DNA from: Terriglobia bacterium | GTDB lineage: Bacteria; Acidobacteriota; Terriglobia; 20CM-2-55-15 | Direction of reading: 5' to 3' | DNA length: 64,000 bases | NCBI GenBank assembly: GCA_963664115.2 | Contig: CAXWPJ010000012.1 | Span: 160,001 to 224,000, forward strand | In this document: positions 38,690-50,264 of the stretch, piece after piece | How the letters are laid out: every line of letters begins with the position of its first letter | Position numbering within the stretch: the first letter of the stretch is position 1 | Program-made: the position numbers and the translations under genes | The notes under the pieces: generated by a model | What the model saw: only the letters and a program-made list of their open reading frames with translations | Database searches by the model: none | Told to the model about the DNA's origin: nothing

Positions 38690-40471
38690 TTATTCCAGTC
38701 GGATTTCAGAACAGGCGGCACCGGAAGGGACCATCGGGAACACGTTGTCCTCCCGTTCCACCGCCACTTCCAGCAGAAAAGACGACTCCGACCCCAGCAT
38801 CGCATCAATCGCCTCACCGAGTTGTTCTCTTTGACTCACCCGCTTCCCTTCCATACCGTATGCCGCTGCAACGGCCACGAAGTCCGGATTCATCAATTCG
38901 GTCGCTGAGTAACGGCGCGAAAAGAACAACTGTTGCCATTGACGCACCATTCCCAGGTACTCGTTGTTCAGGATCATCATCTTGACGGGAATCTTCGCCT
39001 GGAAGATCGTCCCCAACTCCTGGAGCGTCATCTGGAACCCACCGTCACCAATAATGGCAACAATCAGACGGTCCTGCCGTGCAACAGCTGCGCCAATCGC
39101 TGCCGGCAGGGCAAACCCCATCGTCCCGAGGCCACCGGAGGTTATGGTTCCGCTGCCTTCATCGAACTTGTAATAGCGGGCTGCAGCCATCTGGTGTTGT
39201 CCTACGTCGGTGACGATAATGGCTTTTCCTTCGCTGCGCTCGGACAACTGATGGATGACTTCCGCCATCCGAAGTCCGGGAGAGTCGGGATGAATGTCTT
39301 TTTGAATGACCCGGTCGAGTTCGATTGCGTCGCACTCCCGAAACTCGGCAAGCCACTCCTCGTGAGAGGCCGGTCCGACCGCTTCGGCGAGTGCCCGAAG
39401 AGCGTCCTTGGCATCGGCAACGATCGCAACATCGGTCTTGACGTTCTTGTCGATCTCGGACCGGTCGATATCGATATGGATGACCTTTGCCTGGGTCGCA
39501 TACTTGGAAAGGTCACCGGTCACGCGATCATCAAACCGCATTCCGACTGCGATCAAGAGATCGCACTCGTTGGTCTTGACGTTCGGCCCGTAGTTTCCAT
39601 GCATGCCCAACATGCCGGTATGTAACCGATGACGGCTGGGCAACGCCGACAGTCCCAGAAGTGTGCACGCGAACGGGAGCCCTGCCTTTTCGACCAAGGC
39701 CTTCAATTCGGCCTGTGCCCCGGAAAGCAGGACGCCCTGTCCCACCAGAACAAACGGTCTTCGTGACTGGTCGATCAACCGGGCCCCGGCCCGAACACTT
39801 GCAGGTTCCAATGTGGGCCGCGGCCGGTAACCCCGGACATCATCGACCCTCACCGGACGGTAGTCGAGGGTACCGATCTGAGCATCCTTTGTGATATCGA
39901 CCAACACGGGTCCGGGTCGTCCCGACCGTGCGATATAGAGGGCCTTGGCAATCACTTCGGGGATCTCTTCAGGCCGCGTGATCTGGTAGTTCCACTTTGT
40001 CAGCGGCGCGCTCACCGATATGATGTCCGTCTCCTGAAACGCGTCCGAACCGAGCATCTTTGAGGGTACTTGACCGGTGATACAGACCACAGCGGTGCTG
40101 TCCATCTTCGCGTCTGCAATTCCGGTGATCAGGTTCGTCGCTCCGGGGCCGGATGTGGCAATACATACGCCCGGTCGTCCCGAGGCGCGCGCATAGCCCT
40201 GGGCGGCATGGATCGATCCCTGTTCGTGACGGACAAGAATGTGTCGAATCTGATGGTCGTACTCGAAAAGGGCATCGTATACGGGCATGATCGCGCCACC
40301 CGGGTATCCGAAAACCGTACGGACACCCTCCTGCAACAACGACAGCACGACCGCTTCCGATCCCGACACTGTCTGTGGCGGTTGGACGATAGCTTCCGGC
40401 GCTATCGTTCCAGCATTGTTCGCGCTTCGGGCTTCCTCTTCCCTGTTTAAAGTTGTCTTGCTTTGCGACAT
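38690..40471 (-). CDS. ilvB: Acetolactate synthase large subunit
   Basis: FGYPGGAIMP, RHEQG, TSGPGATN, GDGGFQM, LNN.YLGMVRQWQ. Confidence 0.95.
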   Translation of the reverse strand: MSQSKTTLNREEEARSANNAGTIAPEAIVQPPQTVSGSEAVVLSLLQEGVRTVFGYPGGAIMPVYDALFEYDHQIRHILVRHEQGSIHAAQGYARASGRPGVCIATSGPGATNLITGIADAKMDSTAVVCITGQVPSKMLGSDAFQETDIISVSAPLTKWNYQITRPEEIPEVIAKALYIARSGRPGPVLVDITKDAQIGTLDYRPVRVDDVRGYRPRPTLEPASVRAGARLIDQSRRPFVLVGQGVLLSGAQAELKALVEKAGLPFACTLLGLSALPSRHRLHTGMLGMHGNYGPNVKTNECDLLIAVGMRFDDRVTGDLSKYATQAKVIHIDIDRSEIDKNVKTDVAIVADAKDALRALAEAVGPASHEEWLAEFRECDAIELDRVIQKDIHPDSPGLRMAEVIHQLSERSEGKAIIVTDVGQHQMAAARYYKFDEGSGTITSGGLGTMGFALPAAIGAAVARQDRLIVAIIGDGGFQMTLQELGTIFQAKIPVKMMILNNEYLGMVRQWQQLFFSRRYSATELMNPDFVAVAAAYGMEGKRVSQREQLGEAIDAMLGSESSFLLEVAVEREDNVFPMVPSGAACSEIRLE

Positions 40472-40472
40472 C

Positions 40473-42188
40473 TCACGCTCCGTCTGTCGTACAGCCTTCT
40501 GACGCGGGTGATACGGACCGGGCGTATTTGTAGAGGGCGCCCGAGCTTACACGTAAGGGCGGCGCGGACCACCCGGCCCGGCGCGCGTCTATCTCATCGG
40601 AATCCACGTCCAGATCGATCGTGTTCTGGACGGCATCGATCCGTATGCGATCGCCATCCTTACAGAACGCAATGAGTCCGCCATCCTGAGCTTCCGGAGT
40701 GATATGGCCCACGACAAATCCGTGTGTTCCACCGGAAAAACGGCCATCCGTAATCAACGCGACGTCCTTACCCAGGCCGGCCCCCATGATCATCGAGCTC
40801 GGGGTCAGCATCTCCGGCATCCCGGGTCCGCCTCGGGGCCCCTCATAGCGAATCACTACAACGTCGCCTGCTTTGACGTCCCCGGCGGCAATACTCGCGT
40901 TCGCTTTCTCCTCGCTGTCAAATACCCTGGCCGGGCCTTCGAAAGTCTCACCTTCCTTGCCGGTGATTTTTGCTACCGCACCCTTGCTGGCAAGGTTTCC
41001 GTAAAGAATCCTCAAATGGCCCCGCGCGCTGATCGGATCGTCCGGGTTGCGGACGATATTCTGGCCACTCTGGAGGGGAGGTAAATCGGCCACGTTCTCC
41101 CCAAGCGTTGCCCCGGTAACGGTCATGCAGTCACCATGCAGCAGTCCCCGTTCCAAAAGCATCTTGATGACGGCCGGCGTTCCACCGATGGCATGGAGGT
41201 CTTCCATCAAATAGGGGCCACTCGGCCGGAAATCCGCCAGGAGCGGTACCCTGCTGCTGATTTCCTGAAAATCATCGACCGTGAGATCGACCTGTAGCGT
41301 TCTGGCAATGGCCAAAAGATGGAGGACAGCGTTAGTCGATCCACCCAGAACAATCGTCAGCGTAATGGCATTCTCAAAGGACTTGCGCGTCAAAATATCC
41401 CGCGGCCGCAAGTTAGTTTCCAAAAGCGATCGGAGTGCCGGCCCCGCGCTGTGGCACTCTCTAACCTTCTCTTTGCTCTCGGCGGGATTGGAAGAACTGT
41501 AGGGCAGGCTCATCCCCATGACCTCGATCGCACAGGCCATCGTATTGGCCGTAAACATCCCCCCGCAGGCACCCGCGCCGGGACAGCTCTGACGGACGAC
41601 TTTCTGAAACCTTTCCAAAGAAATCTTCCCGGCAATGTGCTGGCCCAGTGCCTCAAAAGATGAAATCACATCCAGCTTGTCTCCGTTGAGATGTCCGGGA
41701 GCAATGGTCCCTCCATAAATCATGAGCGCAGGACGGTTGAGACGTGCCATCGCGATCATCGCTCCCGGCATGTTCTTGTCACAGCCCATGATCGTTATCA
41801 GGCCATCATAGTGCTGGGCTGAAGCGATCGTCTCGATGGAGTCCGCGATCAAGTCTCTCGACGGCAACGAATACCGCATTCCGAAGGTCCCCATCGAAAT
41901 ACCATCGCTGACACCGATGGTATTGGAAACAAAGCCCACCAGATCAGATGACCGCACGCCCGCTTTGACCTCCCCGGCCAGGCTGTTCAAGTGCATGTTG
42001 CAGGGATTACCTTCATATCCCGTGCTGATGATCCCGACCTGAGCCAGGTTGAGGTCCGATTCCGACAAACCGGCCCCGAACAACATCGCCCGGGCCGCAG
42101 GACGGTCATAGGCCTGGGTCACATGCTTGCTGATCCGGTTCAGCTCTTTCGAATCCTTGGTCTCTTTTGTTTCCGTGTTTTCCTTCAT
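40473..42188 (-). CDS. ilvD: Dihydroxy-acid dehydratase
   Basis: [34 protein letters not shown]. Confidence 0.95.
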   Translation of the reverse strand: MKENTETKETKDSKELNRISKHVTQAYDRPAARAMLFGAGLSESDLNLAQVGIISTGYEGNPCNMHLNSLAGEVKAGVRSSDLVGFVSNTIGVSDGISMGTFGMRYSLPSRDLIADSIETIASAQHYDGLITIMGCDKNMPGAMIAMARLNRPALMIYGGTIAPGHLNGDKLDVISSFEALGQHIAGKISLERFQKVVRQSCPGAGACGGMFTANTMACAIEVMGMSLPYSSSNPAESKEKVRECHSAGPALRSLLETNLRPRDILTRKSFENAITLTIVLGGSTNAVLHLLAIARTLQVDLTVDDFQEISSRVPLLADFRPSGPYLMEDLHAIGGTPAVIKMLLERGLLHGDCMTVTGATLGENVADLPPLQSGQNIVRNPDDPISARGHLRILYGNLASKGAVAKITGKEGETFEGPARVFDSEEKANASIAAGDVKAGDVVVIRYEGPRGGPGMPEMLTPSSMIMGAGLGKDVALITDGRFSGGTHGFVVGHITPEAQDGGLIAFCKDGDRIRIDAVQNTIDLDVDSDEIDARRAGWSAPPLRVSSGALYKYARSVSPASEGCTTDGA

Positions 42189-42235
42189 TCGCTTTTAACT
42201 ATCGAACAAAGACTTCCCTCGCCGGGAAACTTCTC

Positions 42236-43312
42236 CTAACTTGCTTTCGATGCCGCGAGCGATCCCACAATAAACTCACCCATTTCGGAGGTCGAAACCG
42301 CCCGCCCATCTCCGTCGGAGAGAAGATCGGCCGTTCGCTTACCCTCGGCGAGGGCACGGTCCACACCCGCACGGATGGCGGTGGCTTCGGCGGAAAGCTT
42401 GAACGTCAGTTCAAGCATCATGGCGACCGAAAGAATGGCTCCAATCGGGTTGGCGATCCCTTTTCCAGCGATGTCGGGTGCCGTACCGTGCACGGGTTCA
42501 TACAAACCGATCGTTGCTCCGATGCTGGCAGACGGCAACATGCCCAGGCTCCCGGCCAGAACCGAAGCTTCGTCGCTCAAAATATCTCCGAACATGTTGT
42601 TCGTCAGGATGACGTCGAACTGGCGCGGATTGGCAATCAGTTGCATCGCGCAGTTGTCGACCAGCATGCTGTTGAATTCGACGTCGGCATATTCGCGCGC
42701 AACGTCGGTCGCGACGCGGCGCCACAGAACGGACGACTCCAGGACATTCGATTTATCAATCGAGACCACCTTCTTGCGGCGTTCCCGCGCGATCTCGAAC
42801 GCCGTCTTGGCAATCCGGCGAACCTCTTCTTCGGTGTACACCTCGGTGTTGTGTGCGATCCCGTGATCCAGACCTCGCGGCAGTCCGAAATAAATGCCAC
42901 CCAACAACTCGCGCACAACCACAAGATCCACACCGCGGATGTGTTCCGGTCGAAACGGAGATTGATCCAGGATCGCGTCGGACACCGCAACGGGACGAAT
43001 GTTGGCGTAGTTTCCGAGGAGCTTGCGAAGCTCCAGCAGGCCTTTCGCGGGATCAGGAACGGTGGGATCGGCCGGCTGCGCGGCGAATCCGACGGCTCCG
43101 AGGAGAACGGCATCGACCTGGGTTACCAGTGCGCGTGTTGGCTCCGGCAGCGACTCGCCCGTGCTTTCTATAGCCCCAGCTCCCATCGCGCCTTCGATAA
43201 ATTCAAATCGGTGCCCGTAAGCCTCTCCGATTGCTTCCAGCACACGCCGTGCTTCATCAAGAACCTCCGGTCCGACGCCGTCTCCGGGCAGAAATGCGAT
43301 GCGCCCTTCCAT
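42236..43312 (-). CDS. leuB: 3-isopropylmalate dehydrogenase
   Basis: LPGDGVGPEV, NMFGDILSDEAS, EPVHGTAPDIAGKGIANP. Confidence 0.95.
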   Translation of the reverse strand: MEGRIAFLPGDGVGPEVLDEARRVLEAIGEAYGHRFEFIEGAMGAGAIESTGESLPEPTRALVTQVDAVLLGAVGFAAQPADPTVPDPAKGLLELRKLLGNYANIRPVAVSDAILDQSPFRPEHIRGVDLVVVRELLGGIYFGLPRGLDHGIAHNTEVYTEEEVRRIAKTAFEIARERRKKVVSIDKSNVLESSVLWRRVATDVAREYADVEFNSMLVDNCAMQLIANPRQFDVILTNNMFGDILSDEASVLAGSLGMLPSASIGATIGLYEPVHGTAPDIAGKGIANPIGAILSVAMMLELTFKLSAEATAIRAGVDRALAEGKRTADLLSDGDGRAVSTSEMGEFIVGSLAASKAS

Positions 43313-43317
43313 ATTTC

Positions 43318-44856
43318 CTATTCTCCCGCCGCCTTGTTGTGGCTGCTCATCGCTGTCCACAAGGCCTTGTTAATCGCATCCAGGTAAGCCCGCGTGGCCG
43401 CGATGTTCAAATCGGTACTGGCCGCACGGCCGGATATCGTCTTACCTTCGACTTCAACCTGCATGAAAACCTCCCCGACGGCTTCGCTGCCTCCGGTGAC
43501 GGATTTCGCCGAAAATCCCAGCAGCTTTGCTTTACAACCGGTGATCTGATTGACCACGCGAACGGTGGCATCGACGGGGCCGTCTCCGGTTGCGGAATCG
43601 GTGTACATGACACCCTCCTTCTCGAGACTCAATGTCACCGTCGATACGGCGTCAGACTGGCCGACGACATGGAAATGCTTCAGGGCAAACGCCGTCGGCA
43701 CGTTGGTCAGTCCATCGTTGATGATGACCATCAAATCCTCGTCGTAGATGGTCTTCTTCCGGTCAGCCAACTTCGTAAACAGCATGTAGGCCCGTGCCAG
43801 ATCCGCTTCACTGAGCTGGTACCCCATCTCGCGGTAGCGCGCAGCCAGCCCGTGGCGTCCGGAGTGTTTCCCGAGCACGATCTGGTTCTGTGGGACACCC
43901 ACAGACTCCGGTGTCATGATTTCGTAGGTCAGGGTTTCTTTCAGCACACCGTCCTGATGAATACCCGCCTCGTGCGCAAAGGCGTTTTTGCCGACGATGG
44001 CCTTGTTCGCCTGGACCTCCATTCCAGTCAAACTCGACAGGACCTGACTCGTTCTGTAGATCTCCTGTGTGTTGATCCCGGTTTCCAGATCGAGCAAACT
44101 CTTATGGACCTCGATGGCCATGACGATTTCCTCGAGTGAGGCGTTGCCGGCACGCTCCCCGATCCCGTTGATTGCACACTCGACCTGCCGGGCGCCGTTC
44201 TGCACTCCCGCAAGGGAGTTGGCCACGGCCACACCCAGATCGTTGTGACAGTGGGTGCTGATGGTGACGTTCTCGATGCCCTTAACGTTTCGCAGACCGT
44301 GGATCAACTCTCCGTACTCTGAGGGCAGGCAATAGCCCACTGTGTCGGGAATGTTGACGACCGATGCACCGGCCTCGATAGCCGCTTCAATCACGGCATA
44401 GAGGTACTCCGGATCGGAGCGGCCTGCATCTTCGGCGGAAAACTCGACGTCGTCACACAATGAACGTGCCAGTTCGACGGACTGCACCACCATTTCCAGA
44501 GCCTCTTCCCGTGTCTTGAGCAGCTTGTATTTTAAATGGATGTCGCTCGTGGCTAGAAAAGTGTGGATCCGCGGTCGGGCAGCACCTTCAAGCGCCTCCC
44601 AACAGCGACGGATGTCGCCCGACGACGCCCGGGCAAGGCCCGCGATGGAGGTTTCCCTCACTTCAGCAGCAATACGCTTGACGGCCTCAAAATCTCCATC
44701 CGATGCAATTGGGAAACCCGCCTCGACGACGTCCACCTGCAATCGCTCCAGTTGACGCGCCAGCCGGAGCTTGTCCTCAATGTTCATGCTGAAACCGGGA
44801 GCCTGCTCCCCGTCTCTCAGCGTCGTGTCGAAAATCGCAATCCGATTCATGGCCAT
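43318..44856 (-). CDS. leuA: 2-isopropylmalate synthase
   Basis: [35 protein letters not shown]. Confidence 0.95.
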   Translation of the reverse strand: MAMNRIAIFDTTLRDGEQAPGFSMNIEDKLRLARQLERLQVDVVEAGFPIASDGDFEAVKRIAAEVRETSIAGLARASSGDIRRCWEALEGAARPRIHTFLATSDIHLKYKLLKTREEALEMVVQSVELARSLCDDVEFSAEDAGRSDPEYLYAVIEAAIEAGASVVNIPDTVGYCLPSEYGELIHGLRNVKGIENVTISTHCHNDLGVAVANSLAGVQNGARQVECAINGIGERAGNASLEEIVMAIEVHKSLLDLETGINTQEIYRTSQVLSSLTGMEVQANKAIVGKNAFAHEAGIHQDGVLKETLTYEIMTPESVGVPQNQIVLGKHSGRHGLAARYREMGYQLSEADLARAYMLFTKLADRKKTIYDEDLMVIINDGLTNVPTAFALKHFHVVGQSDAVSTVTLSLEKEGVMYTDSATGDGPVDATVRVVNQITGCKAKLLGFSAKSVTGGSEAVGEVFMQVEVEGKTISGRAASTDLNIAATRAYLDAINKALWTAMSSHNKAAGE

Positions 44857-44985
44857 TCCTTAGCTTTAGGTCGATAGGCCCTCGATCCGGCTTTGAGCCG
44901 ATGGGCCGTCGATCCGGGCTAACGACAGTGCGACGTCCGGCATCCTCGAAGCTCGGAACGCCAGCATCGTATGCCGTTATTCTCT

Positions 44986-45621
44986 TTAACTCCTGAGTTC
45001 CCGTAACTCCTCGGTTCCAAGAACACCGTGGATAAATAAATTCTGAAACTCACTCACGACTTCGGCCGGTTTGACCGATCCTGAAGGTTTGTACCACTGG
45101 TAAGTCCAGTTCAACATCCCAAGCAAGGCCAGCGCGGCCACCTTGGGATCCGCAGCTTTGCAATTCGATTTTTGCATCACCTCACTGACGAGTTCGGTGA
45201 CGAGCCGGACGTATTGCTTCTTCCGGCGGTTGATCTTGGCCTGATGCGGCCTCGAAAGACCCTGGCATTCGTGCAAGAGCCCGGTTACCGCCAGCTTTCG
45301 CCCCTCCAGAATCAGCTTCAGGTGCAATTCGATCATCTTCTTCAGGCGGCGCACCGGGTCCGCTATAGCTTCCAACGGATCGACCACGTATGCCTCGGTC
45401 ATGTCCATTCCGTAGTCGAGGATGGTAAAGAGCAGGCTTTCCTTGCTGGGGATGTGGTGATACAAACCGGCCTTGGTCAGACCGACAGCCTCGGCGATAT
45501 CATTCATCGAAGTGTTGTCGTAACCCTTTCGGTGAAAAACTTCCGCCGCGATCTCGTATACTTTGTCCCGTGGTGCGGTTGATTTCTGCTTCAGTTTTGA
45601 AGTTCCGTTTCGATTTGCCAT
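44986..45621 (-). CDS. TetR-family regulator (KstR2/PaaR-like C-terminus)
   Basis: F..KGYDNTSM.DIAEAVGLTKAGLYHH..SKE; LGMLNWTYQWYKPSG. Confidence 0.9.
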   Translation of the reverse strand: MANRNGTSKLKQKSTAPRDKVYEIAAEVFHRKGYDNTSMNDIAEAVGLTKAGLYHHIPSKESLLFTILDYGMDMTEAYVVDPLEAIADPVRRLKKMIELHLKLILEGRKLAVTGLLHECQGLSRPHQAKINRRKKQYVRLVTELVSEVMQKSNCKAADPKVAALALLGMLNWTYQWYKPSGSVKPAEVVSEFQNLFIHGVLGTEELRELRS

Positions 45622-45622
45622 A

Positions 45623-45644
45623 ACCTACCGACCGATCGGTAGGT
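45623..45644. promoter_or_regulatory. Palindromic operator in the tetR/leuC divergent gap
   Basis: ACCTACCGA-CCGA-TCGGTAGGT perfect 9-bp arms; abuts the tetR start and TATAAT at 45644. Confidence 0.8.
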
Positions 45645-45688
45645 ATAATATCAGGATGCCACTCGAAAGTGCAATATAATTCACTGAC

Positions 45689-47107
45689 ATGACGCGCCCG
45701 AAAGCTAAGACGCTATACGACAAAATATGGGATAACCACGTTGTTGTGGAAGGCGACCGAACGCCCACAATCCTTTATATCGATCTACATTTGATCCATG
45801 AAGTTACTTCTCCTCAAGCATTTACAGGAATTCGCGATCGAGGACTCAAAGTCCGCCGACCGGATCGGACGCTGGCGACCGCAGACCACGTCACTCCGAC
45901 CATCAGCAAGAATATCGCCGATGCGGGCGAGCTGGCCGTTCAACAACTCCGGAGCCTGGAGCAGAGTTGTGCGGACTTCGGAGTGCGCCTCTACACCATC
46001 GGCGACAGCCGGCGCGGCATCGTCCACGTTATCGGTCCAGAGCTGGGGCTGACCCAACCCGGCCTGACGCTGGTTTGCGGCGACAGCCACACCTCGACGC
46101 ACGGCGCCTTTGGAACCCTGGCCTTTGGCATCGGGACCACCGAAGTCGAACATGTGCTCGCGTCTCAATGCCTGCTCGAAAGCAAGGTCGGCAACTTCGA
46201 GGTGGAATTTCAGGGCCAGCTTCAACCCGGCGTCAGCAGCAAGGACATGATCCTCGGGTTGATCTCAAAAATCGGCATCGGAGGCGGCACGGGTCACGTC
46301 ATTGAGTACACGGGTTCGGCGATTCGGAGTCTCGGGATGGAAGCCCGGATGACGATTTGCAACATGTCGATCGAGGGTGGTGCGCGCGCCGGACTCGTCG
46401 CGCCCGATGACACGACATTCGAGTACATGTCCGGGCGAGAGTTTGCGCCCAAGGCAGAGGATTGGGACCGCGCCATCGGAAAATGGCGACAGTTACCCAG
46501 TGATCCGGAAGCGTTCTACGACAAGGCTGTGACGATTGATGCATCGACGCTGGAGCCGATGATCAGCTTCGGTACGAACCCATCTATGTGTGCACCCATC
46601 CGGGAAGAGATACCGAGCCCTGGGGACTTGGATAACCCCGTAGAACGGGATCAACTTGAAGCGGCACTGAGGTACATGGACCTAGTGGCCGGAGAACCGT
46701 TGATCGGGCAGAAGGTGGATGTAGTCTTCATCGGAAGCTGCACGAACTCAAGAATCTCCGACATGCGGGAAGCCGCGAGGATTCTCAAAGGCCGAAAGGT
46801 GAGCGAAGGTGTCCGCGCACTGATCGTTCCCGGATCGGAACAGGTCCGCACCCAGGCCGAGAGCGAAGGGTTGGACCGCATATTCGAAGAAGCCGGCGCC
46901 CAGTGGCGTCAGCCCGGATGCAGCATGTGCCTGGCAATGAACGGGGATCAGCTGCGGCCGGGGGAACGCTCGGTGAGCACAAGCAATCGAAACTTTGAGG
47001 GGCGGCAGGGACAGGGCGGTCGGACCATGCTGGGTTCTCCGCTGACCGCAGCAGCGTCGGCCGTAGCCGGCAAGGTCGCGGACCCGAGAGAGTTCCTGTC
47101 CGATTAG
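45689..47107 (+). CDS. leuC: 3-isopropylmalate dehydratase large subunit
   Basis: [48 protein letters not shown]. Confidence 0.96.
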   Translation: MTRPKAKTLYDKIWDNHVVVEGDRTPTILYIDLHLIHEVTSPQAFTGIRDRGLKVRRPDRTLATADHVTPTISKNIADAGELAVQQLRSLEQSCADFGVRLYTIGDSRRGIVHVIGPELGLTQPGLTLVCGDSHTSTHGAFGTLAFGIGTTEVEHVLASQCLLESKVGNFEVEFQGQLQPGVSSKDMILGLISKIGIGGGTGHVIEYTGSAIRSLGMEARMTICNMSIEGGARAGLVAPDDTTFEYMSGREFAPKAEDWDRAIGKWRQLPSDPEAFYDKAVTIDASTLEPMISFGTNPSMCAPIREEIPSPGDLDNPVERDQLEAALRYMDLVAGEPLIGQKVDVVFIGSCTNSRISDMREAARILKGRKVSEGVRALIVPGSEQVRTQAESEGLDRIFEEAGAQWRQPGCSMCLAMNGDQLRPGERSVSTSNRNFEGRQGQGGRTMLGSPLTAAASAVAGKVADPREFLSD

Positions 47108-47129
47108 GAAATCGAGTAAGGTTCCGAAG

Positions 47130-47705
47130 ATGAAGAAATTCGAAAAATTCGTTTCGCACGCAGCGTGTCTTCCTCTGAAGGACATCGACACCGACCAAAT
47201 CATTCCCGCTCGATACCTGAGAACCACGAACAAGGAGGGTCTGGGAGATCACCTGTTTCATGACTGGCGATATGACGGCCAAGGTCAGCCACGAGAGGGT
47301 TTCCTACTGAACAATCCCGACGCAAACGACGCACGGCTGCTGATCACCGGCATGAACTTCGGCTGCGGAAGCTCCAGAGAGCACGCGGTCTGGGCCCTCA
47401 TGGACCATGGGATCTACGCCTTGATCGCGCCCGGATTCGCAGACATCTTTCACAAGAATTCCCTAAGGAACGGGCTGCTGCCGATCACAGTGGATGCGCA
47501 GACCCACGAATCCTGCCTGAAGGCTGCGGCAAGTGGTACCAACTTCACTGTGGACCTGCGGAGCAACACGGTCACTGCCGATTCCCTTACCTTCAGCTTT
47601 GAAATCGACCCCTTCGCGCGCAACTGCCTGTTACAGGGCATCGACGACCTGGAGTTCATCCTGCAGCATGAGGACGACATAGCGGCGTTTGAAGCCAGAA
47701 ACTAG
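47130..47705 (+). CDS. leuD: 3-isopropylmalate dehydratase small subunit
   Basis: DIDTDQIIPARYL, NFGCGSSREHA, FADIF..N...NGLLP. Confidence 0.96.
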   Translation: MKKFEKFVSHAACLPLKDIDTDQIIPARYLRTTNKEGLGDHLFHDWRYDGQGQPREGFLLNNPDANDARLLITGMNFGCGSSREHAVWALMDHGIYALIAPGFADIFHKNSLRNGLLPITVDAQTHESCLKAAASGTNFTVDLRSNTVTADSLTFSFEIDPFARNCLLQGIDDLEFILQHEDDIAAFEARN

Positions 47706-47715
47706 GCGGGGATTT

Positions 47716-47808
47716 TTAACACGAAGGGCACGAAGGAAAATCAATTTCTAAAGAAATTCATTTCTTTTCTTCGTTAACTTGGTTTTCCTTCGTGCCCTTC
47801 GTGTTGAA
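47716..47808. repeat. REP-like inverted repeat (CACGAAG family), copy 1
   Basis: AACACGAAGGGCACGAAGGAAAA...TTTTCCTTCGTGCCCTTCGTGTT between convergent leuD and proA. Confidence 0.75.
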
Positions 47809-47811
47809 GTC

Positions 47812-49137
47812 TTAGTGGTCTCGCCTTTGGTGCAAAAACGGCTTTGCGTTCTCGCCGACGTACTCAGCCACCACCTGTCCCTCTCCACGTAGCACATACT
47901 TGTAGATGGTAAGGCCTTCGAGTCCGACGGGGCCGCGGGCGTGTATTTTGAGGGTGCTGGTCCCGACTTCGGCGCCAAGTCCGAAGCGGAATCCATCGGC
48001 AAACCGCGTGGAGGCGTTCGCCACGACCGTCGCCGAATCCACTTTCCGGAGGAAGGTCTCCCGGGCTTCGACATCCTCGGTCATGATTCCGTCGGTATGA
48101 TGGGAACCGAAACGATTGATGTGAGAAACCGCCGCTTCAAGTCCATCCACAACCTTTAAGGAAAGCGTCAGGTCTCCATACTCCGTCGTCCAGTCTTCCT
48201 CTGTTACTGCCTCGGCCTGGGGCAAAACCTCGCGGGTGAGAGCGCAAGCCCTGAGCTGAATGTTCGATTCTGAGGCAGCCCGGCCAAAGGCAGGTAGAAA
48301 CGCCTCAGCGATCTTTGCGTCTACTAACAACGTTTCAAGAGCGTTGCACACCGCGGGATACTGGGCCTTGGCATCAATGGCGACGGCAACGGCCGTATTC
48401 ATGTCGGCCTGATCGTGAACGTAGATATGACAGATACCTTCGGCATGCCCGAGGACAGGAATCTGAGTCGAATTCATAATCTGGCGAACCAGTTCATTCG
48501 AGCCACGCGGAATAACCAGGTCGACCCATTCCGGATAGGACAGCAGTTCCTGAAAATCTTCCCTCGTATCTACCAACTGGGCCCACCCGGACGGCAGTTC
48601 CGGAATCTGCTCTTCCAACTTCGCAACAATTGACATGAACGCATGATTGGAGTTAAGCGCCTCGCGACCGCCTTTTAAGACCACAGTGTTCCCGCTCTTG
48701 AGAGCCAGCGACAGGATCTGAGGGATCACGTCGGGCCGGGATTCAAAGACCATGGCAATGACTCCGAGGGGAACGGACACTTTTTCCAATTCGAGCCCCG
48801 TATCCAGTGTCGTGTGCTCCAGCACCTGGCCTATTGGATCCGGAAGGGCCGCGACGTCACGGATTCCGGCAACGACCTGCGCCAGCTTTCCCGGGTCGAG
48901 CTGAAGCCTCTTGTAGAGACTGTCTTTTATCTTTCCCTCGGAAGCCTCAAGATCCTTGAGGTTCTCAGCCAGCAAGAACGCTCCGGATTCCTCCGTCAGT
49001 CGTGCGAAGGTCTCCAACGCCTTATTGCGTATCTCTTCGTTGAGAGTGCTGATCTTGTAAAAGGCGTTCTTGGATTTCTTGAGAAGCGCCTCGGTATCGA
49101 TCTTCTCCCCTTGCATGGATTCGATGCGGGCAGTCAT
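47812..49137 (-). CDS. proA: Gamma-glutamyl phosphate reductase
   Basis: VPLGVI...FESRP, IPRGS, CNALETLL, NASTRFADG..FGLGAE. Confidence 0.95.
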   Translation of the reverse strand: MTARIESMQGEKIDTEALLKKSKNAFYKISTLNEEIRNKALETFARLTEESGAFLLAENLKDLEASEGKIKDSLYKRLQLDPGKLAQVVAGIRDVAALPDPIGQVLEHTTLDTGLELEKVSVPLGVIAMVFESRPDVIPQILSLALKSGNTVVLKGGREALNSNHAFMSIVAKLEEQIPELPSGWAQLVDTREDFQELLSYPEWVDLVIPRGSNELVRQIMNSTQIPVLGHAEGICHIYVHDQADMNTAVAVAIDAKAQYPAVCNALETLLVDAKIAEAFLPAFGRAASESNIQLRACALTREVLPQAEAVTEEDWTTEYGDLTLSLKVVDGLEAAVSHINRFGSHHTDGIMTEDVEARETFLRKVDSATVVANASTRFADGFRFGLGAEVGTSTLKIHARGPVGLEGLTIYKYVLRGEGQVVAEYVGENAKPFLHQRRDH

Positions 49138-50264
49138 CCGTTCTCTCCGAAAATCACCAGGTGATCCCTGTGAATGATTTCCTGATGGTCCATTTTCCCA
49201 ATTTTCTCAGAGATTTCCCGGCTATGACAGCCCTGAATTTCCCCGACCTGGTGAGAAGAGAAGTAAACGATGCCCCGGCCGATCTCCCGGCCCTGCTCGG
49301 TTTCGACGCTGACGACCTCGTTTGCGCCAAACGAGCCACGGACACCGGTCACCCCGCTGGGCAGCAGACTGGCCTTTTTATTGATCAAGGCTTCAACTGC
49401 TCCGCGGTTGATCTGGATCACGCCGCCATAACCAGAAGAATGACCGATCCAGAGCTGTCTGTCCTTCAGTTTCAATTTAGGCCTCACGAGCGTGCCCGCG
49501 CATTGCAGAATGGCCTCTTTCTTGAGCCCGGAAGCGATCACAGTGCTGACGCCGCCGAGAGATGCCAACCGGGCTGCCTCGATCTTCGAGCTGACGCCGC
49601 CCCGCCCATAGGCGGACTGTCCTTTCAGGTCTAATTTCTTCAGGTCGTCGAAATCATCCAGTTCTGCTATGGGTTTCGCGCTGGGATTCTTCTTCGGATG
49701 ACCGTCGTAGATGCCATCAACGTCGGTGAGGATAAGAAGCAGGTCCGCGCCCAGTTTGGAAGCCACCAGCGCAGATAGCAGATCGTTGTCGCCAAAGCTG
49801 TGAGTCCGCGCGTCCTCCTTGAGTTCCATCGTCGATACGGAATCGTTTTCGTTCACGACAGGAATCACATTGTAAGAGAGCAGCCTTTCGAAGGTTTCGC
49901 GAAGGTTGAGGTACCGTCGCCGGTCGGAAAAATCGTCGGCGGTCACAAGCAGTTGCGCCGTCATCAAGCCGTGACGGGCAAAATAGCGCTGGTACCGTTG
50001 CATCAACAATCCCTGGCCCACCGCCGCACACGCCTGTTTCGACGAAACATCCGACAGCTTTGCTATCCCGAGTGAGATCCGGCCCAGTCCGACGGCACCC
50101 GAAGACACCAGAATAACCTTCTTCCCCTCTTCCTGAACCAGATGGGCGCATTGAGACACAAGCTTCCCCAGTCGGGAGGCCACAACCCGGCCGTCTGCCT
50201 GGGTCAGAAGACCCGTTCCCAGCTTGATAACTACCCGCCGGGCTTGTTGCATCTCTTTACGCAT
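49134..50264 (-). CDS. proB: Glutamate 5-kinase
   Basis: VVIKLGT, VSSGAV, AVGQ, VNENDSV, FGDND; PUA domain. Confidence 0.95.
   Translation of the reverse strand: MRKEMQQARRVVIKLGTGLLTQADGRVVASRLGKLVSQCAHLVQEEGKKVILVSSGAVGLGRISLGIAKLSDVSSKQACAAVGQGLLMQRYQRYFARHGLMTAQLLVTADDFSDRRRYLNLRETFERLLSYNVIPVVNENDSVSTMELKEDARTHSFGDNDLLSALVASKLGADLLLILTDVDGIYDGHPKKNPSAKPIAELDDFDDLKKLDLKGQSAYGRGGVSSKIEAARLASLGGVSTVIASGLKKEAILQCAGTLVRPKLKLKDRQLWIGHSSGYGGVIQINRGAVEALINKKASLLPSGVTGVRGSFGANEVVSVETEQGREIGRGIVYFSSHQVGEIQGCHSREISEKIGKMDHQEIIHRDHLVIFGENG

Noticed and set aside
42167-44139. Long plus-strand ORFs (406 and 302 aa) and similar antisense ORFs elsewhere
   Set aside because: Shadow frames of leuB/leuA and other real genes in GC-rich DNA; no recognisable motifs.
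44857-44985. Leucine attenuator upstream of leuA
   Set aside because: The 33-codon ORF has no run of Leu/Ile/Val codons and the hairpin lacks a U-tract.
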